NCBI RefSeq assembly: GCF_006345805.1
Contig: NC_043001.1
Span: forward strand, 70,432,001-70,496,000
DNA: 64,000 nt
Origin: Octopus sinensis
Taxonomy: Eukaryota
Reading direction: 5' to 3'
Below are positions 38,758 to 53,822 of this stretch, piece after piece (within the stretch, counting starts at the first letter, position 1; each line of letters starts with the position of its first letter). The translations under genes and the position numbers were made by a program. The notes under the pieces were generated by a model. That model saw only the letters and a program-made list of their open reading frames with translations. It searched no databases and was not told the DNA's origin.

Positions 38758-41700
38758 ATATATCTCCTCTATTTCTCTTTCCTTCTCTCTGTTTCTCGCT
38801 CTCTCCCCTTCTCTCCCTCTGTCTCTCTCTCTATCTCCATCTCTTTGTCTTTCTATCTCTCCCCTCTCTCTGCTCGGAATTTCTACGAATCATGAGGCCT
38901 CCCAGTTCAGAAAAATCATGTTTGTTCCCAGAGTATGTACTCGCTTATGTTTAATGTCTCCTCTTTTCCTCTTACTATTTTCTACCTCACCCATCATTTT
39001 TTATTAATGTACGTATAAGTAACGCAGTCATTCCAAAACTGAGGTGTTATTTCCAAGTTATATAGTACGTATCCTTAGTGATAGCCATCACAAACATTAT
39101 TAACTCTGTGTCCACATTAAAAATCGGGTTCTAAATACATAACTGTCAAAATATTGTAGATTATCTGAAAATTTAACCACATTTCTCAAATCAAAGTCCA
39201 TTCTGTGGACGAGAGATATGGCATCTTTGATAGAGTATTACATACTATAGACAAGAGAAAGGATAGACTTGATACGGTAGAATATATTAAGGATGAGATC
39301 TTGGGTAGACTCTACACTGTAGTACAAACAATATACACGAGCTATGCAATACTTGAAACGATAGCGCATGCTACAGAGGATAGTTATAGTAACCTCATCC
39401 AGTAGTAGTAGAGTCGTAAAGTTAAACGGCGTTTCCCCCATAAAGATTACGGCAACCATGCGACTAAACATAAAATATTCACTGGCTGTTCACATTATAT
39501 TTATAACAATGAAGAATTCTAAAATTTGAATGATTGAAGTTTCATGGTCACATGCATGACAATAAATGTAACTAATGCAGATACTGGACTGGTAAGTATG
39601 TAATTATTTATTTGTGATGTCTTGTAGATGACAAGTGAAACTATGAGCACAGATATAATTAAGATCGCGTCACGTTTCTTATGACTGAGACTCCATATTC
39701 CTGTGATAAGTTTGAATGCATCCTTAAATATTCGATGAATAGAAATAGAATATAAAATTAGTATACACCGTATAATTATACGTGGCATTTAAAGAGAGAG
39801 AGAGGGGGTATTTTTAATCACCCTGTCCAACAATTGAATTTTACATGAAGATATAACAACTGTATGATATTGATATATGCTCATAAACGGCACATAAATA
39901 TCATGATTATTACATTTTATTGACCCGAAATATTGCTTGTTCTGTAACCAGCAGCAGCATTTATCTCTATTACGTTACGATTACATGCAAACATAGACAA
40001 TATCCACATAACTCATCATCTATTTCTTCACTATACACATTGTTTGTTTGCATATCTCTTGAACTGCCTTCTTATATTTTGATAGGAATATCTTCACTGC
40101 TTGCGTTTACTTCCCGTTTATTTACGTTTACACTCACTCCTCTTCTACTACACATTCTCTCTCATTCTTTCTTTTCCTCTCTCTCCCTCTCTCCCACTTT
40201 ATACGCATGTTAGAGTGTGTGAAAATTTTTGTGTCTCTTTTTCAGTGTGTGGATGTGTGTGTAACGCTTTCTCTTAATATAAACATTTATAAGAATATTC
40301 ATGTATCTTAGTCACATTCAAATATACGTTCAGCGAGTGACTTAGACAATATAAGCAGAATATGTGTGTGTGTCTGTGTGTGTGAATGTGTGTGTATGCG
40401 TGTGTGTGTATACACATACATATACATGCACACACATGTATACACATGTATACATATGTGTGTGCATGTTTATATATACATATATATTGTATATACATAT
40501 ATATTTATATATATATATGCACATTCATATATATATATATATTGAATATACACACATATACATATGCACACTCATATATACTACATAGATTGAGTGAGTG
40601 AGTGACAGAGAGAGAGAGAAAAAATTTGGATAGCTATAGACATTGGCATTTGTATATAATATTCAAATATGCATACATACATATATATGTGTCTGAACAA
40701 GAAAGTGTGTCTATGTGTACATACTTTTATGTGTATACATAGACACACAGTTAACATTAAAAAAATAAATATAGATACAAGCATTTGGGTTTGCTGCGAA
40801 ATATCAAATATTTACCATAATATTCCGCAAGCTATGTACCTAAATTTGTTTGTACATCTTGTCTTTCCTGCGATTCCTGTTCACAACAATTGATCAGAAA
40901 TTGCTATAAAGAATTTTATATAAGCTGTTTTGTTTTACACTTGACTCAATTCGAAAAAAGAAAAATAAGCAGTAAATTTAAGCTCTTTATATTTAAGAAT
41001 TTAAATCAAGTAAAGAGCAATGAAAAGGAGGATAAAACTAATGAAGTGTATAAGAATATTGTGCGTAAATCAAAGTTATTAATACATCATGGAAGAGCCA
41101 TAAACTAACATGAATTTGCTCACTTCAACTGTAAATTTCTTTCATGCGATGCCACGATTTTCATTAACAACCACTTGATCAATAACATAGTCACTTTGTT
41201 AGATCCTTTCTCGAACTCCCTGAATATTTATTTTCGGTATGAATACGATCTGCTATACGGTTTACCATTGGTCCATTTCGTCTTAAATGTTTCATATTTG
41301 TGACTATTTTTGCCGTTAGATATTTTTCTGAAATTTATTTGAAATTTTAATACGTAAAAAATAAATAAATAAACGGCACTTGCAGGCAATAACATAAAAC
41401 TCATAACTTACAGCGGAGAAACTGAGAACAAATTCAGAATACGTTTTCATCAAGATTTCTAGTCTTTCTAACATCCAGAGAAACAAGTTTATCCAAATGC
41501 ATTTGTCTCTTGAAATTGTCAGCACGACCTAGACTTTTTAGGCTTGTACCGCTTTATAAATACAGTTGTTCATATTACTCATTTGATCATGAACCGAGTA
41601 TACACTAAACGAAAGACATGAATTTTTGATTTCTTGCAAACATATTTTTCCGTCATTATTTCAGTCATTTCTAATTTTTCTATCGTGTATGACCGTTTGT

Positions 41701-42050
41701 TTCTCTACTCAATTATTTCTTCCTTGTTTGTCTTCCTAAATAGACGAGATTTAATATTAGGTTTGTATGTTTCTTTCATTCTCTCCATTGCACCGACTGT
41801 CTAAGCTGCACACTGCATTTCCACTCACTATTGCCATATAAAATTCCTTTTCCTTTACATTTCATAAGATTTTTCATATCCATTTCTATTCATATCATTT
41901 TCTTTTAACCTCACAGCTTTCCTTTCACGCGTCTTACTACCTTTATATTCGTGTATGTATTCATTGTTTTACTCACACATCTATTTATATATTTTTATAT
42001 TCCAATTCAAATTATGTGTTTGCGTGTATACGTGTGCATACGTGTGTGTG

Positions 42051-42084
<34 letters not shown>

Positions 42085-45000
42085 TGTTTGTGTGTGTGCT
42101 TCATACAACATTTCTTCTTTTACTTTCTTCTTCCCTCTCAATTCCCGTCAAATAAAAACTACCTCTTCATTCTCTTCCCCTACCCATTTTTTTTATACAT
42201 TTGGAGCTTTTAAGTGTAAATTTGATTGTAATTTGCACTAGAGATCGCCCCTGAATGCTGCAATATTTTCTCCACACACTTTTAATTGCATTTTAAAGCA
42301 AACGTATATTACAGACTATTGTATAAATCTTAATGAAGAAATTCTTATAAAAATATTCCGATTTCACTCATTCATCGTTAAGCATCAATATATCAGGTTA
42401 GATATAACACGATAAAATTGTTTGTTTAGAAAATAAATTATAAGATTATCTTGAATAATTTCTGAAATAAAATGTTAGGCAATCGTAATTAAAATTTCGA
42501 GAAAGTACTTTTGAACGAAGAAAGTTCAACTCAAAAGTAGTGTGCAAATAGCTCTAACATAAATTAGATTCGCGATTTAAATTCGTATTTGGTTTTCTTT
42601 ATGTTAGACACGCTATCGCCGACAACCAAATTTCTTCCTGATATGAATATTAGAAACCCAAATGTTATTCCTCAAGAAGATGTTGGGGAAGAAAATGCAA
42701 GCTATTTTGCGTATATTAGAGGGAAACTTTTACAATTTAAGTAAAGCCTTTCTTCAGCAAGTATGTACCAGTAAAATTACGATGTTGCGTCACACACATA
42801 ATCTTCCTCAACAGATTTATTCATGCACAAATACATACATACATACATACATACATGCATGCATACGTACACTCTTTCTGTGCAATAAAATTAGATAAGG
42901 GATAGCTCAGAAAAAATTGTTCGTGGTTTGAACACATATGATTATGTATATAGGTCGCTCTACCAGGGACGATTAGGACGAAACAACAAGAAGGAAAGGA
43001 TCATTATTGCCGAGTTAATAACAGACATTGACCATATTAAGTATACTTGCACTTAAGCACTCTTCACTGAAGACAAGATAATAGCGTGTTGTCTTTTATC
43101 ATCGTTAGCCAGAAGAGTTTTAACATACGCAAGCGTAGCTATATTTGTTTTCCTTGCTTAGTAGACAATTTTTACAGGATATATTTTCCAAACCAGAGTA
43201 TACGGGAACACGTTAAATGTTACTGTAAACACCTATGTTAAATCCGACGCTGCTTAGTGCGTTTGTGATTAATTTATTGCAAGTTAACAAAGTTTTGCGC
43301 ACATCAGCAAATAATCATTTGATTTTTAAAATATATGAGCAGCGTGTTCTTAGTGGTTATGGCGTAACTTACGACGACTATTAACAGAGAATGCATGTTA
43401 CCTAAGATCAGATGACGTCATTCACAGTCCAACAGTGCGTTTCTCGTGCTGTTTAAGAAACAGAAATTTTCTATTGAGAATATTTATGCAGCGTATATCT
43501 TTCCATGTCTAATTTTAGGCGAATTAGTTGAATATGATTATACGTTCCTAACTTTTAAGAAATTTGTGCTTTTCTCAGAATCTGTATATGTTTGAGTGTA
43601 TACGTGTATGTTTTGTACATGTTATGTGTACATATAATCGTAGATAATTCAAGAGATATATGTATTTAGCGTGAAAATAAATCCAATTTAACTCTAATGT
43701 GACTAAACTAACTGTTTTCATTATTTTCTCTCTTTTTAAAGAAGGAACTAATGATTTATCATTCTCCATATTTATTTGGTTCTCTCGTTTAAACAAACCA
43801 CTATATGCAACCAGTATTGCCTATTCTCGACCGTCGAATGATGATTTATCAGCCTATTATTACAAAACCCTTTTCGGCTGTACAGACAATTAAACACAAA
43901 ATCAAAATCTGAAAAAAAATCACATTTATAATGAAAGACAAAGATTATCCCAAAGAAAAACAAAGGCGCTTAATCGAAAACATTAACTGGAGAAATATAA
44001 CAAAAAATAAAAGAAAAAACAAAATCCAATTATGAAATTACTATTCAATACAGAGAATGGATATTTTATGATAACGTTTTGCAGACAGCGGTGTACGAGC
44101 TGTATTTCTGGAGGAAAATATAAAAATGTCGGAATAATCAATGAATGAAGGATAGGAAGAAAAACAGAGAATGAAAGCGTTGCAAGCAGTTCGTTTGAGA
44201 ATGTATTCTGTCGATAGTTTGAAAATAATGGAACGGAAGGCCTTTGTTCTGTGTTTTAAAGTTTTTTTCTAATTATGTTATGTGTTGTGAGCTAATAAGT
44301 GTTAGTATGTTGTTTATCTCCTCGGGAAGAGTTAACTACTGATGCTAGAACAGAAATTCTAAAGAAAACCTGTAATATATTCTAGAAGATTAGAAAATAA
44401 GATATTTTTGTTATGAAAAGGTAGATAATGTTCCTACAAATGCTCAAACTATAGTTTAAACAAATTATAAAACTATCATAATATCTCCGTAGGTCGGGCC
44501 TAGGAGAGTTTTAAACACGTTGAATTTAATCAATTTTCATTAAACGTCATTAAATAACTCTCTTATTTATATATTTTTAATGTCTCATATACCTGGTGTA
44601 TATTGTTGTGATACTTTTATCGATGTAAATGAAAGATAAGGGGAGGTTTTACTATCTTTCGTATCATACCATCTTTCGTATCATTCAGATAACAAGAAGT
44701 TATTTTTAAAGATGTTTACATACAAGTGAAACTGATTTCTGTGTTCAAAATGAAATTGACGCTATAATGGTAAACGAAACGACATATCACGAAGTGGACT
44801 TTACTATCAACTCTGAAAAAAAATCGTTTTTACAAAGATTTTCCTAATTGACAGAATATTTGAAAGTTACTTCTGTTTCCTTTTTAAATAAAGGTGACAA
44901 AGCTAATGAAATATTTAACATGGTAGTGTTATATAAGATGAGAGAAAGTTTGCAATCCTAAACCATTGTTTTTTCTAAGTTTTTTTTCATGACATCTTCA

Positions 45001-47089
45001 GGCATTTCCAGGTTATTTGTCATTCCACAGTCGCAAGACGCTGCAATGTTTCGGTGCTAAAAGTTATTTGTCACGCTCAGAGCAAAAGAGATAAAATATT
45101 TTCATGAACTACGTGTTTGTTTTTATTTTATTTTACACTTTTTGTTTTTGCAATGTGACAGCAGTTTTGGATTCCATTCATTATAATATCTTTAGAGTCG
45201 ACACAATGCCTAGAAGGGCTTTTAATCTGAAACATGATACATTACTGATCTGCCACCTAAAGTACGTGGATATAAACGTACGTGGATAAAAAGGAACAAA
45301 AGCAGTGATATTTTTCTCTGTGAATGTTAAGAAATAGTTAAGACAGCTAAAAAAACATTTATTCTTCACAGACATACTTTAATGACAAACACGTTATTAC
45401 GTTACAGTGACAATTAGAAATCATTAGTGGTATGTTAAACAAAGATTTTACAAATCTAAAAAAAAAATAGACGCTAGTCTGCGATTTCAAGTAAATTTGA
45501 GTCTAAATGTTTTATATAGTACATTCTTTACGATGGTGATCGAATTTTGACTGAGACATTGAATACACACAATAGATTTTGATCTAATATTTAATTATTG
45601 TGTGATTAATTCTATACAACTAGTGCTATCAAATTATTATCTCAATACTAGATAATGGATGCGGAGTGGGGGTAAATTAGTATCTAAGAAAAATGAATTC
45701 AAACTTGTAACTTACTAAGCTACAACACGTGATAATGCATCCTTTGATTATATGAAAAGAAAGTAACCATTTAAGAAAGTAGCCATTTTTGTCTCCGACC
45801 TCACTTTTATATTCAACCTCTGAGTAGTTTATCTTTCTTTTATATCTTATCGTATATTTCTCGAAAATGTTTTTGGAGCCATGAATAGGAAAATATTGAT
45901 AATTGATGCATTAGTAGCAAATGCTTCCAAATTACTTCAGGGCTCATTACAATATTTATTGTCAATTCAAAATTTATTTCATTTATTTTCTTTCCCCTTA
46001 GCTGGAAAAATGAAAAGAAAATAAAGATGGAAAGACGTTAGGTGAATTATATATGATTTTCAGAAATTTATATTCCTTTCTTATTATGTCGACTATTTTT
46101 CCTATCGGATTATTTTCTAAATAAAATTTAATCTTGCTTAACCTTTGAATGCTGGCTTCTTTCACTTCTGTTTATAATTTAAACCTACATACTATAATCA
46201 CGTAATTGGAAGGAAATATTCATCTGATCTCATCTTACTTTCAATAATAACTTTCAACTCTGGCAAAAAATATCAAAATACATTATTATGTCTTTCCTTT
46301 TAACTCTTGATGCTCCCTTTTCCCATTATATGTTCTAACATATATGTTTATATGTACATATTTTGAAGTGCAAACTATTCAGTGATATTTTGAATTTCCT
46401 CATTGTACTCAAGATGAAAATAAGTTTGATAATAGATACACAATATTAAATAAATATTCTGTGACTATTCATAGGTAAAGATGTGTGGCCTAGTGTTTAA
46501 TATGTTGCACGCACAATGGTAAGATCGTGATTTCTGGCTGGGTGGTGCGTTGTGTTCTGGAGCGAAACACTAGAGTTCACACTGATCCAAACGAATCCCG
46601 CGACAAAACTACGTCCCATTTAGAGAAGAGTGTTGTAATCTCTATACACCATGAAGACTAGGTAAAGCACCGAGATTATGAGTCCTAGGCCTCATGATAG
46701 AACTAACTATCGTATATAGTCGGCGTTTGGAAGCGTGGTTAGAACGGTGAATAACCATTTTAAATATCTAAATTTATTAGTCGATTGTTTGTTGTGCAGG
46801 TATACACCGGACTGTAAAATCTACAGAAATATTTGGAGAGTCACTTTGCGTGATCCCCTGGCTACGCTTGCCTTCCATGTCTTTCAAACAGCTCGTGATT
46901 TTTACTGGTACGTTCTATACTAAATACCAGGAACACAATTTGGAGTCCATTTTGTCATAAGAGGAACGCAGTAATAACATGTACTACTTCATATATTAGA
47001 CTCTATTCGCACTCACATGCACATACATCTAAATATATAATCACACACACACTTACAGCCACACACACACATAAACAGATATAAACAGC

Positions 47090-47610
47090 TAGTTGCAATG
47101 TGATAACCGTAAAAGAAAAATTCAAACGTCTTTCAGTGTGGCTAAGGTTGCTGATGTACCTGCATGGCTAGAAATAAGAGTTAGAATACTCTTAATAGTG
47201 TGAGAGGAGTGCAGATACACACATGCTGACAGGGGAGACAACCGTCCCATGCCGACTCGAAAATTTCCAGACTAAACATCAAGTTTCAACTATTCCGTAG
47301 ACGTCGTCAGTGAGGGCAGCTCCAATAGCACATTTTCGGCTAATGTGTATTTAAATGTTCGTGTATGATTTAGCGGAATGCTAATGCGCATAAAAAAAAT
47401 TAATGTAAATAGCTACTCACAATGTGATACCATAACAGTAAAATTCAAAAGTCACTAAGGGAGACTAAGGGTGCTGACGCACGTACATTGCTAGAGATAA
47501 GAGTTAAAATACTCTTAATGCTGTAGGAAGAGTGCAGACATACAACCTGTAGCATTAAGAGTATTTTAACTCTTATTTCTAGCAATGTAGGTGCATCGGT
47601 ACCCTTAGTC
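47090..47610. mobile_element. Foldback/MITE-like family, two adjacent copies
   Basis: 47090-47225 is a diverged direct repeat of 47415-47545. 47463-47527 pairs with 47546-47610 (58/65). The motif gactaagggtgct...cattgctagaaataag recurs at 53601-53822 and 54030-54145. Confidence 0.7.
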
Positions 47611-47662
47611 ACAATAGGTGACGGTTGAATACACACACACTCACACACACACACACACATAT

Positions 47663-47705
<43 letters not shown>

Positions 47706-47718
47706 TACATATGTATAT

Positions 47719-47932
47719 AAGTAGCAATTGATGAGCAGGTGTCAATTTATTACAGCCATTTTGAACGAATGTTTCATTGATCAATGAATACATTATATCA
47801 TTATAAAAAAAACATTCTTCAGATGAGCACATTTTGCAATCAAAGACTTTTAGAACATTCACTCAATGATCGATTAAAAAAATTATTAGAAATGGCTGTA
47901 ATGAAGTGACACCTGTTCATCAATTGTTATTT
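47719..47932. mobile_element. MITE-like element with about 43-bp terminal inverted repeats
   Basis: aagtagcaattgatgagcaggtgtcaatttattacagccattt versus the reverse complement of the right end, aaataacaattgatgaacaggtgtcacttcattacagccattt. Confidence 0.65.
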
Positions 47933-48239
47933 ATTTATTTTTAATTTACCTTACTCGGAACCTGCCCCTTGCGTATTACAAAGTACATTATGGATAATAT
48001 ATTTAATAAAATATACATGTCTGTATAACTCCAGAGAGGATTCTATGCTCAGTCCGGTCCAATTAATTGTATAAATGAGCCGAATATCATTCTGCCAGCA
48101 CCTCTGTGCCAAAGTTGGTATAAATCTATAATTGTTGTGTGTACATTTTATTCTGACCTAACTTGATACCTCACCTTTAAGTACTTTATTCAACTGAATC
48201 TTGTTATACACACACACACATACCTGCATATTATATATA

Positions 48240-48299
<60 letters not shown>

Positions 48300-48548
48300 C
48301 GGCAAAAATAAAATGGAGGGGGATACAAAAATGACATATATCAACTGCTAGACATTCTTATTATTCTAAAATATTTGTAAGAATACATACATATGCAAAG
48401 ACCCCAGCCCATTTATTACACTCGATTATTAAATTTCCACGCGATAACCAGCATTTGAGTATTATTAATAATGGGTGCTCTACCACCACTATATTGGACA
48501 GGTGCTATCCCTTATTTGGTTGGATTCATAACCTCTAACTCTCACGGA

Positions 48549-48588
<40 letters not shown>

Positions 48589-48597
48589 TCTTTTTGT

Positions 48598-49014
48598 TTT
48601 TCTTTTTACTCTTTTCACTCTTTTTACTTGTTTCAGTCATTTGACTGCGGCCATGCTGGAGCACCGCCTTTAGTCGAGCAAATCGACCCCGGGACTTATT
48701 CTTTGTAACCCAGTACTTATTCTATCGGTCTCTTTTGCCGAATCGCTAAGTGACGGGGACGTAAACACACCAGCATCGGTTATCAAGCAATGCTAGGGGA
48801 ACAAACACAGACACACAAACATATTCACACACACTTATATATATATACATATATACGACAGGCTTCTTTCAGTTTCCATTTACCAAATCCACTCACAAGT
48901 CATTGGTCGGCCCGGGGCTATAGCAGAAGACACTTGCCCAAGATGCCACGCAGTGGGACTGAACCCGGAACCATGTGGTTGGTTAGCAAGCTACTTACCA
49001 AACAGCCACTCCTG

Positions 49015-49016
<2 letters not shown>
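48598..49016 (-). mobile_element. SINE family B, full length
   Basis: Minus-strand tRNA-like head gcaggagtggctgtttgg...gggttcagtccc, cttgggcaagtgtctt core, internal microsatellite and (GTAAAA(A)GA)n-type tail. Decayed 5' parts lie at 28733-28890(+) and 63590-63750(+). Confidence 0.88.
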
Positions 49017-49060
<44 letters not shown>

Positions 49061-49473
49061 AGGGAGAGAAAGAAGGAAAACAGGGTCCACTTGCATCCAC
49101 TACAGAGAGTGTGCATAGTGCATTTGGATGCACTTCCACGGTTGTTCAGAGAGACATAAGGCATTTTAATATATTATGTTAACTTACAGCTAATGCAGTT
49201 AGTTCGATGTTAATGCAAAGACGAGGGCCGGTGTAGGAAAAGAGGGGAAAGAGAAAAGGGGACGCGTGTAGGAAGGTAGTTAGTGTGCGATTGTATTCGG
49301 ACTCATCATTTGGAATAAAAATATGTGAATATGCATGTCTGTACAAGTATATATTTTTATGTCTTTGTGAGTATTAACCCTGCAAAATATTGAATACTTG
49401 GAGTTTGTGGAAGCTTATATGAAAAAAGGAGTACAGGCTAGATAGATAAAGAGAGAGAGAGAAAGAGAGCGAG

Positions 49474-49532
<59 letters not shown>

Positions 49533-49533
49533 A

Positions 49534-49568
<35 letters not shown>

Positions 49569-49591
49569 GATAGATAGATAGATAGATAGAT

Positions 49592-49691
<100 letters not shown>

Positions 49692-49814
49692 CACAGGTAT
49701 GTACCTAGGTAGATAGGAATTGTGCCGTAAGCTTGGAAGAGAGATAAGAATTTTGAGATGAATAGTAAACTACCTAGCTATCTCTCTGTCTATTTATCTA
49801 TCTATCTATATTGG

Positions 49815-49891
<77 letters not shown>

Positions 49892-49892
49892 G

Positions 49893-49999
<107 letters not shown>

Positions 50000-50724
50000 C
50001 AGGAAAAAAACTGAATTTAGAAGCAACAATATATATCAATTAAATTCATCGTAGAAAAGAAATAAATACACAGGCGGTAAGGGAGAAGAGGGAAAGTGAA
50101 AGAATGTCAGACTGAGAAGGAAAGTGATAGTGATGAAGAGAAGCTTGAAGTAGTATTTATTGAATGTTGTGTATGCTAGAACATCGCCAGCACACACACT
50201 GACAATGCTATAGACAGGCAAAGAGAAAGAGCTAGGGAATGAAGTGCAGATGGAGACAGTTCGACACATGGAAATCAATAAAGATCAGTTTGAAAATGAG
50301 CCTGTAGATATTTGAACTTTTATCTACAAATAACGGTAATGCCATGCTTTCGATTTCCAAAGCAATGAAGACTTGTATTTCAATAGACATTATAACATTA
50401 GCTGTAGCACTAGTGACGGGTTATATATTCTTCAACAGTTTATAGGTTAAATATTGCTGAAGGCAATCTCGCTGGTAATTTCGAGAGTTCCTTTACTGTA
50501 TCAAAGTAAATAATTACCAATATTGAATGGTTAATCGTCTGCGTATGTGATAATATTCAGCAGAAAATAGGTGTGAATATGCATGTGTGTATGTGAGCGT
50601 GTGTGTGTGTGTGTATGCGTGCATCTGGATGTGCGTATATATACATATATATTTAATGATATAAACAAATATATTTATATATATATATATATATATATGC
50701 AATGATACACACAGACACACACAT

Positions 50725-50837
<113 letters not shown>

Positions 50838-51919
50838 TTACATATATAAGTATTCAGATTGCACATAGCTACAACAATTTACAGGTTGCTATGAAATAAG
50901 TGTATTTCTGCATCAATACACCTGTATATATGTGTTCACATGTGTAGGTGTATGATTGAATGAAATTCAAAGAAGAATTGTTTTGAACTTAGGACATACA
51001 CTGTATGAGAATTAATAATGGTTCTTTACCAATGGCACAATGTCAGGATTTTGAAATAGGTGTTTGGCTGATTTAATTGACTCTGAGATTTTTATTGTAT
51101 TAATAGCATTAATAGCACCTACTTCAAAAGGGTATTAGGAAATCTTAGCAATGGCTGGATTTGAACATGGAGCAGAAAAGAACTTGATGCTATATGGTAA
51201 GGAATGTAACCAAATGCCCCAACATTTCTGCAACTCGTGCTTTTGTAATATTTCTATAAAATTGTTGTTCCAGACTTGTAGAGTTTTACTTCAATAGTAA
51301 TTTGAAATTCATTTTGGTTCAGTAAGTCGAATCACTGGAAGCAGAGTAAGAGAAAAAAAAATGGTATGAACACGAGCCAGAGGCTGTAATGGGGAATAAT
51401 AATCAAAGGATTTTATAGGATTTCTTCATAATTTTTTTTTATTATTGAAGCAAAGATACCGAATACAATAGTAGAGAACATAAAAACTGCGTAAGGTTAC
51501 TGACAGTTAGTGCCATATGATAAAGAAATGCCGCCAAGCATTTTGTCTGATGCTCTATAGATTATGTCCGCTGGTCGTCTTTCTAATTTAGACAAAAGTA
51601 CACCGGCTTTGAGAGGAAGAGTGTTAGCCGATAGCATCATCTCCAGTACCTGAGTATTACTTTAATTTTCGACCTGAGCAGGACATACACTCAAAATTCT
51701 AGCTGTATAGTATAAAATATTTTGTTAGATGCATTAACGATACCACAAAGGCATCAGTAATAATAAAGGTGCTGGAACGTGTACGTAACTTAATTGTTCA
51801 TTTACCAATTGATGCATTTTAAGCTGTTATTCAGCAAAATATATATCACTGAGTCTGCGAATTGCGTAACTTTATTCCAAACTGAATAACTACTGACTCT
51901 GTATGCGGAGATCTTGGTA

Positions 51920-52027
51920 ATTTTGTTAATCATTTACAATTTTTTAAGACCAGAGACTACCTATACATACAATTCTTCACTATTTTCCAAGATAAAAGAA
52001 CCTCTGATTTGGAGCAGAAATAGTTAG
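51920..52027. repeat. Arm 1 of a perfect 108-bp inverted duplication
   Basis: Identical to the reverse complement of 53482-53589. Confidence 0.92.
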
Positions 52028-53481
52028 ATTAGTGTCACCGATGGCGTTGCTTCAATGGTGTAAAGGGGCCGTATCAGACACCGCCAAGCACTTCACCTGA
52101 TAATCTAAAGTTCTCGTTATCCACCGCTTCTGTTACTGCAGTCTAAATAAGTAGATTATCTTTCTATGTAATTTGTTTCCTGTACAGAAATATTAGTGGG
52201 AGACAACTTATTTGGCTTTTCCCATCCTTAGTGTGTATCACAAAAGACTATGCTGTGAATGTAGTGAAATACAATAAAGTAAGAGTAAACGATTAATGCT
52301 TTTAGTTGTATCTCGCTTCAATTTGCTATGTAGGAACTGGTATAGTAGTACCAAAGTGGCGGGCTCTTGGATTTGTTTACATTTATGAATAGCGTGTTTA
52401 CTTTCTGAAGAAGAACTACTTTATTATGCTTACATTAGAAATGGTTTCTGTTCGTTCTAATTATATTGAAAAGATAACAAGATTGATAGTTTGCTATGGT
52501 TACATTAGAATGATTGCTTCAAGAATCGTTTGATGTTACATAGTTAACAAAATCAGTGTGTGGCATTTGCAAAAGAGATTTTTAAGAGATTGGTTGTTTC
52601 ATGAGTTTGTATCGATGATGTGTTGCTTGCGTTGCGCGTTGGGGAAAAAGAAAGTAAGTTGATCGAGTGGACCATATCAAAATAATTAGGAAGACATTTT
52701 TTTGCGTATTTTATGGCCAGTAACAACTTATGTTAGTCTTTCTCTACGGTACTGTTATTAAATGCTGTAAAGTAATTTGATGGCCTCATAATAAGATTGC
52801 TAAAATCGTAATAAAGCAACACAGTTTGAAAAAGAATTGAGTTGACTCAATCGACATAATTACATTGCCATAGCGACCTGGGAATGGATTGGATTCACTT
52901 TCTAATCCTCGCTTAGTAGTTATTTTGTATATTCTTCAGACACCTCTTGTGGCTGGGAAATATTTAACGACACAAGTCCCACCACGAGACGGAATTGGCA
53001 TCGATATAAATGATTACGAAATGTCAAATAATTAACACTTTACAAATTTATGCATTTGCTGTCTGTACGAATGGAACGTATTACATAAAATAGAGACATC
53101 ACATAATTCTCTCGACATATAACACTACTCGTTATTACGGCGATGTTTGGTAAATAGATTTACGAGCATACACAGGCTGTATATAGAAAAATCTATGCAC
53201 ATGTATGTAGATTGGAATGCATAAGTATAGGTGGGATTTTAAAATATCACTAAATTGAAGTGAGACTTTTAATCCCACTAAAACCTCTTCCAATAGACCA
53301 GTCAAAATATCAATAGAATTACTGTGATGTGTTGAGATTGTCAAACATTTTGTTTAATTAATTACGAACTCTCAAAGTCAGAAGTCTGCTAATTAGGCTG
53401 TCAGCTAATGCGTAAGCCTAATGTATAACACACACACATACACACACATACACACACACCACGTACACTCACATACACACA

Positions 53482-53589
53482 CTAACTATTTCTGCTCCAA
53501 ATCAGAGGTTCTTTTATCTTGGAAAATAGTGAAGAATTGTATGTATAGGTAGTCTCTGGTCTTAAAAAATTGTAAATGATTAACAAAAT
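53482..53589. repeat. Arm 2 of a perfect 108-bp inverted duplication
   Basis: Identical to the reverse complement of 51920-52027. Confidence 0.92.
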
Positions 53590-53600
53590 GTATATATAAG

Positions 53601-53822
53601 CACATGTATAGACGACACTAAGGTGATTAAGGGTGCTAGTCAGCGCCTGCATTGCTAGAAATAAGTGTCAGAACAAATCTTAGTCACGAGGAAGCACTTA
53701 TCTAGTGACTGACGAGGGACACGGGAGCTTGTCTCACTTGTCAGCCAATAGATAAGTGTTCGCCCTAGCAATGGCGATGCTGACTAGCACTCTAAGTTAC
53801 ATTAGTGACGTCTATACTTGTG
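53601..53822. mobile_element. MITE-like element (same family as 47090-47610)
   Basis: Termini cacatgtatagacgacacta / tagtgacgtctatacttgtg, with inner inverted gggtgctagtcagc...cattgctag / ctagcaatg...gctgactagcact. Confidence 0.7.

Noticed and set aside
43412-43421. CRE palindrome ATGACGTCAT
   Set aside because: About one TGACGTCA is expected by chance in 64 kb, and there is no supporting promoter evidence.
48035-48117. Possible 83-bp exon (RGFYAQSGPINCINEPNIILPAPLCQ)
   Set aside because: Plausible acceptor but weak donor (GTATAA), no recognisable homology and no partner exons.
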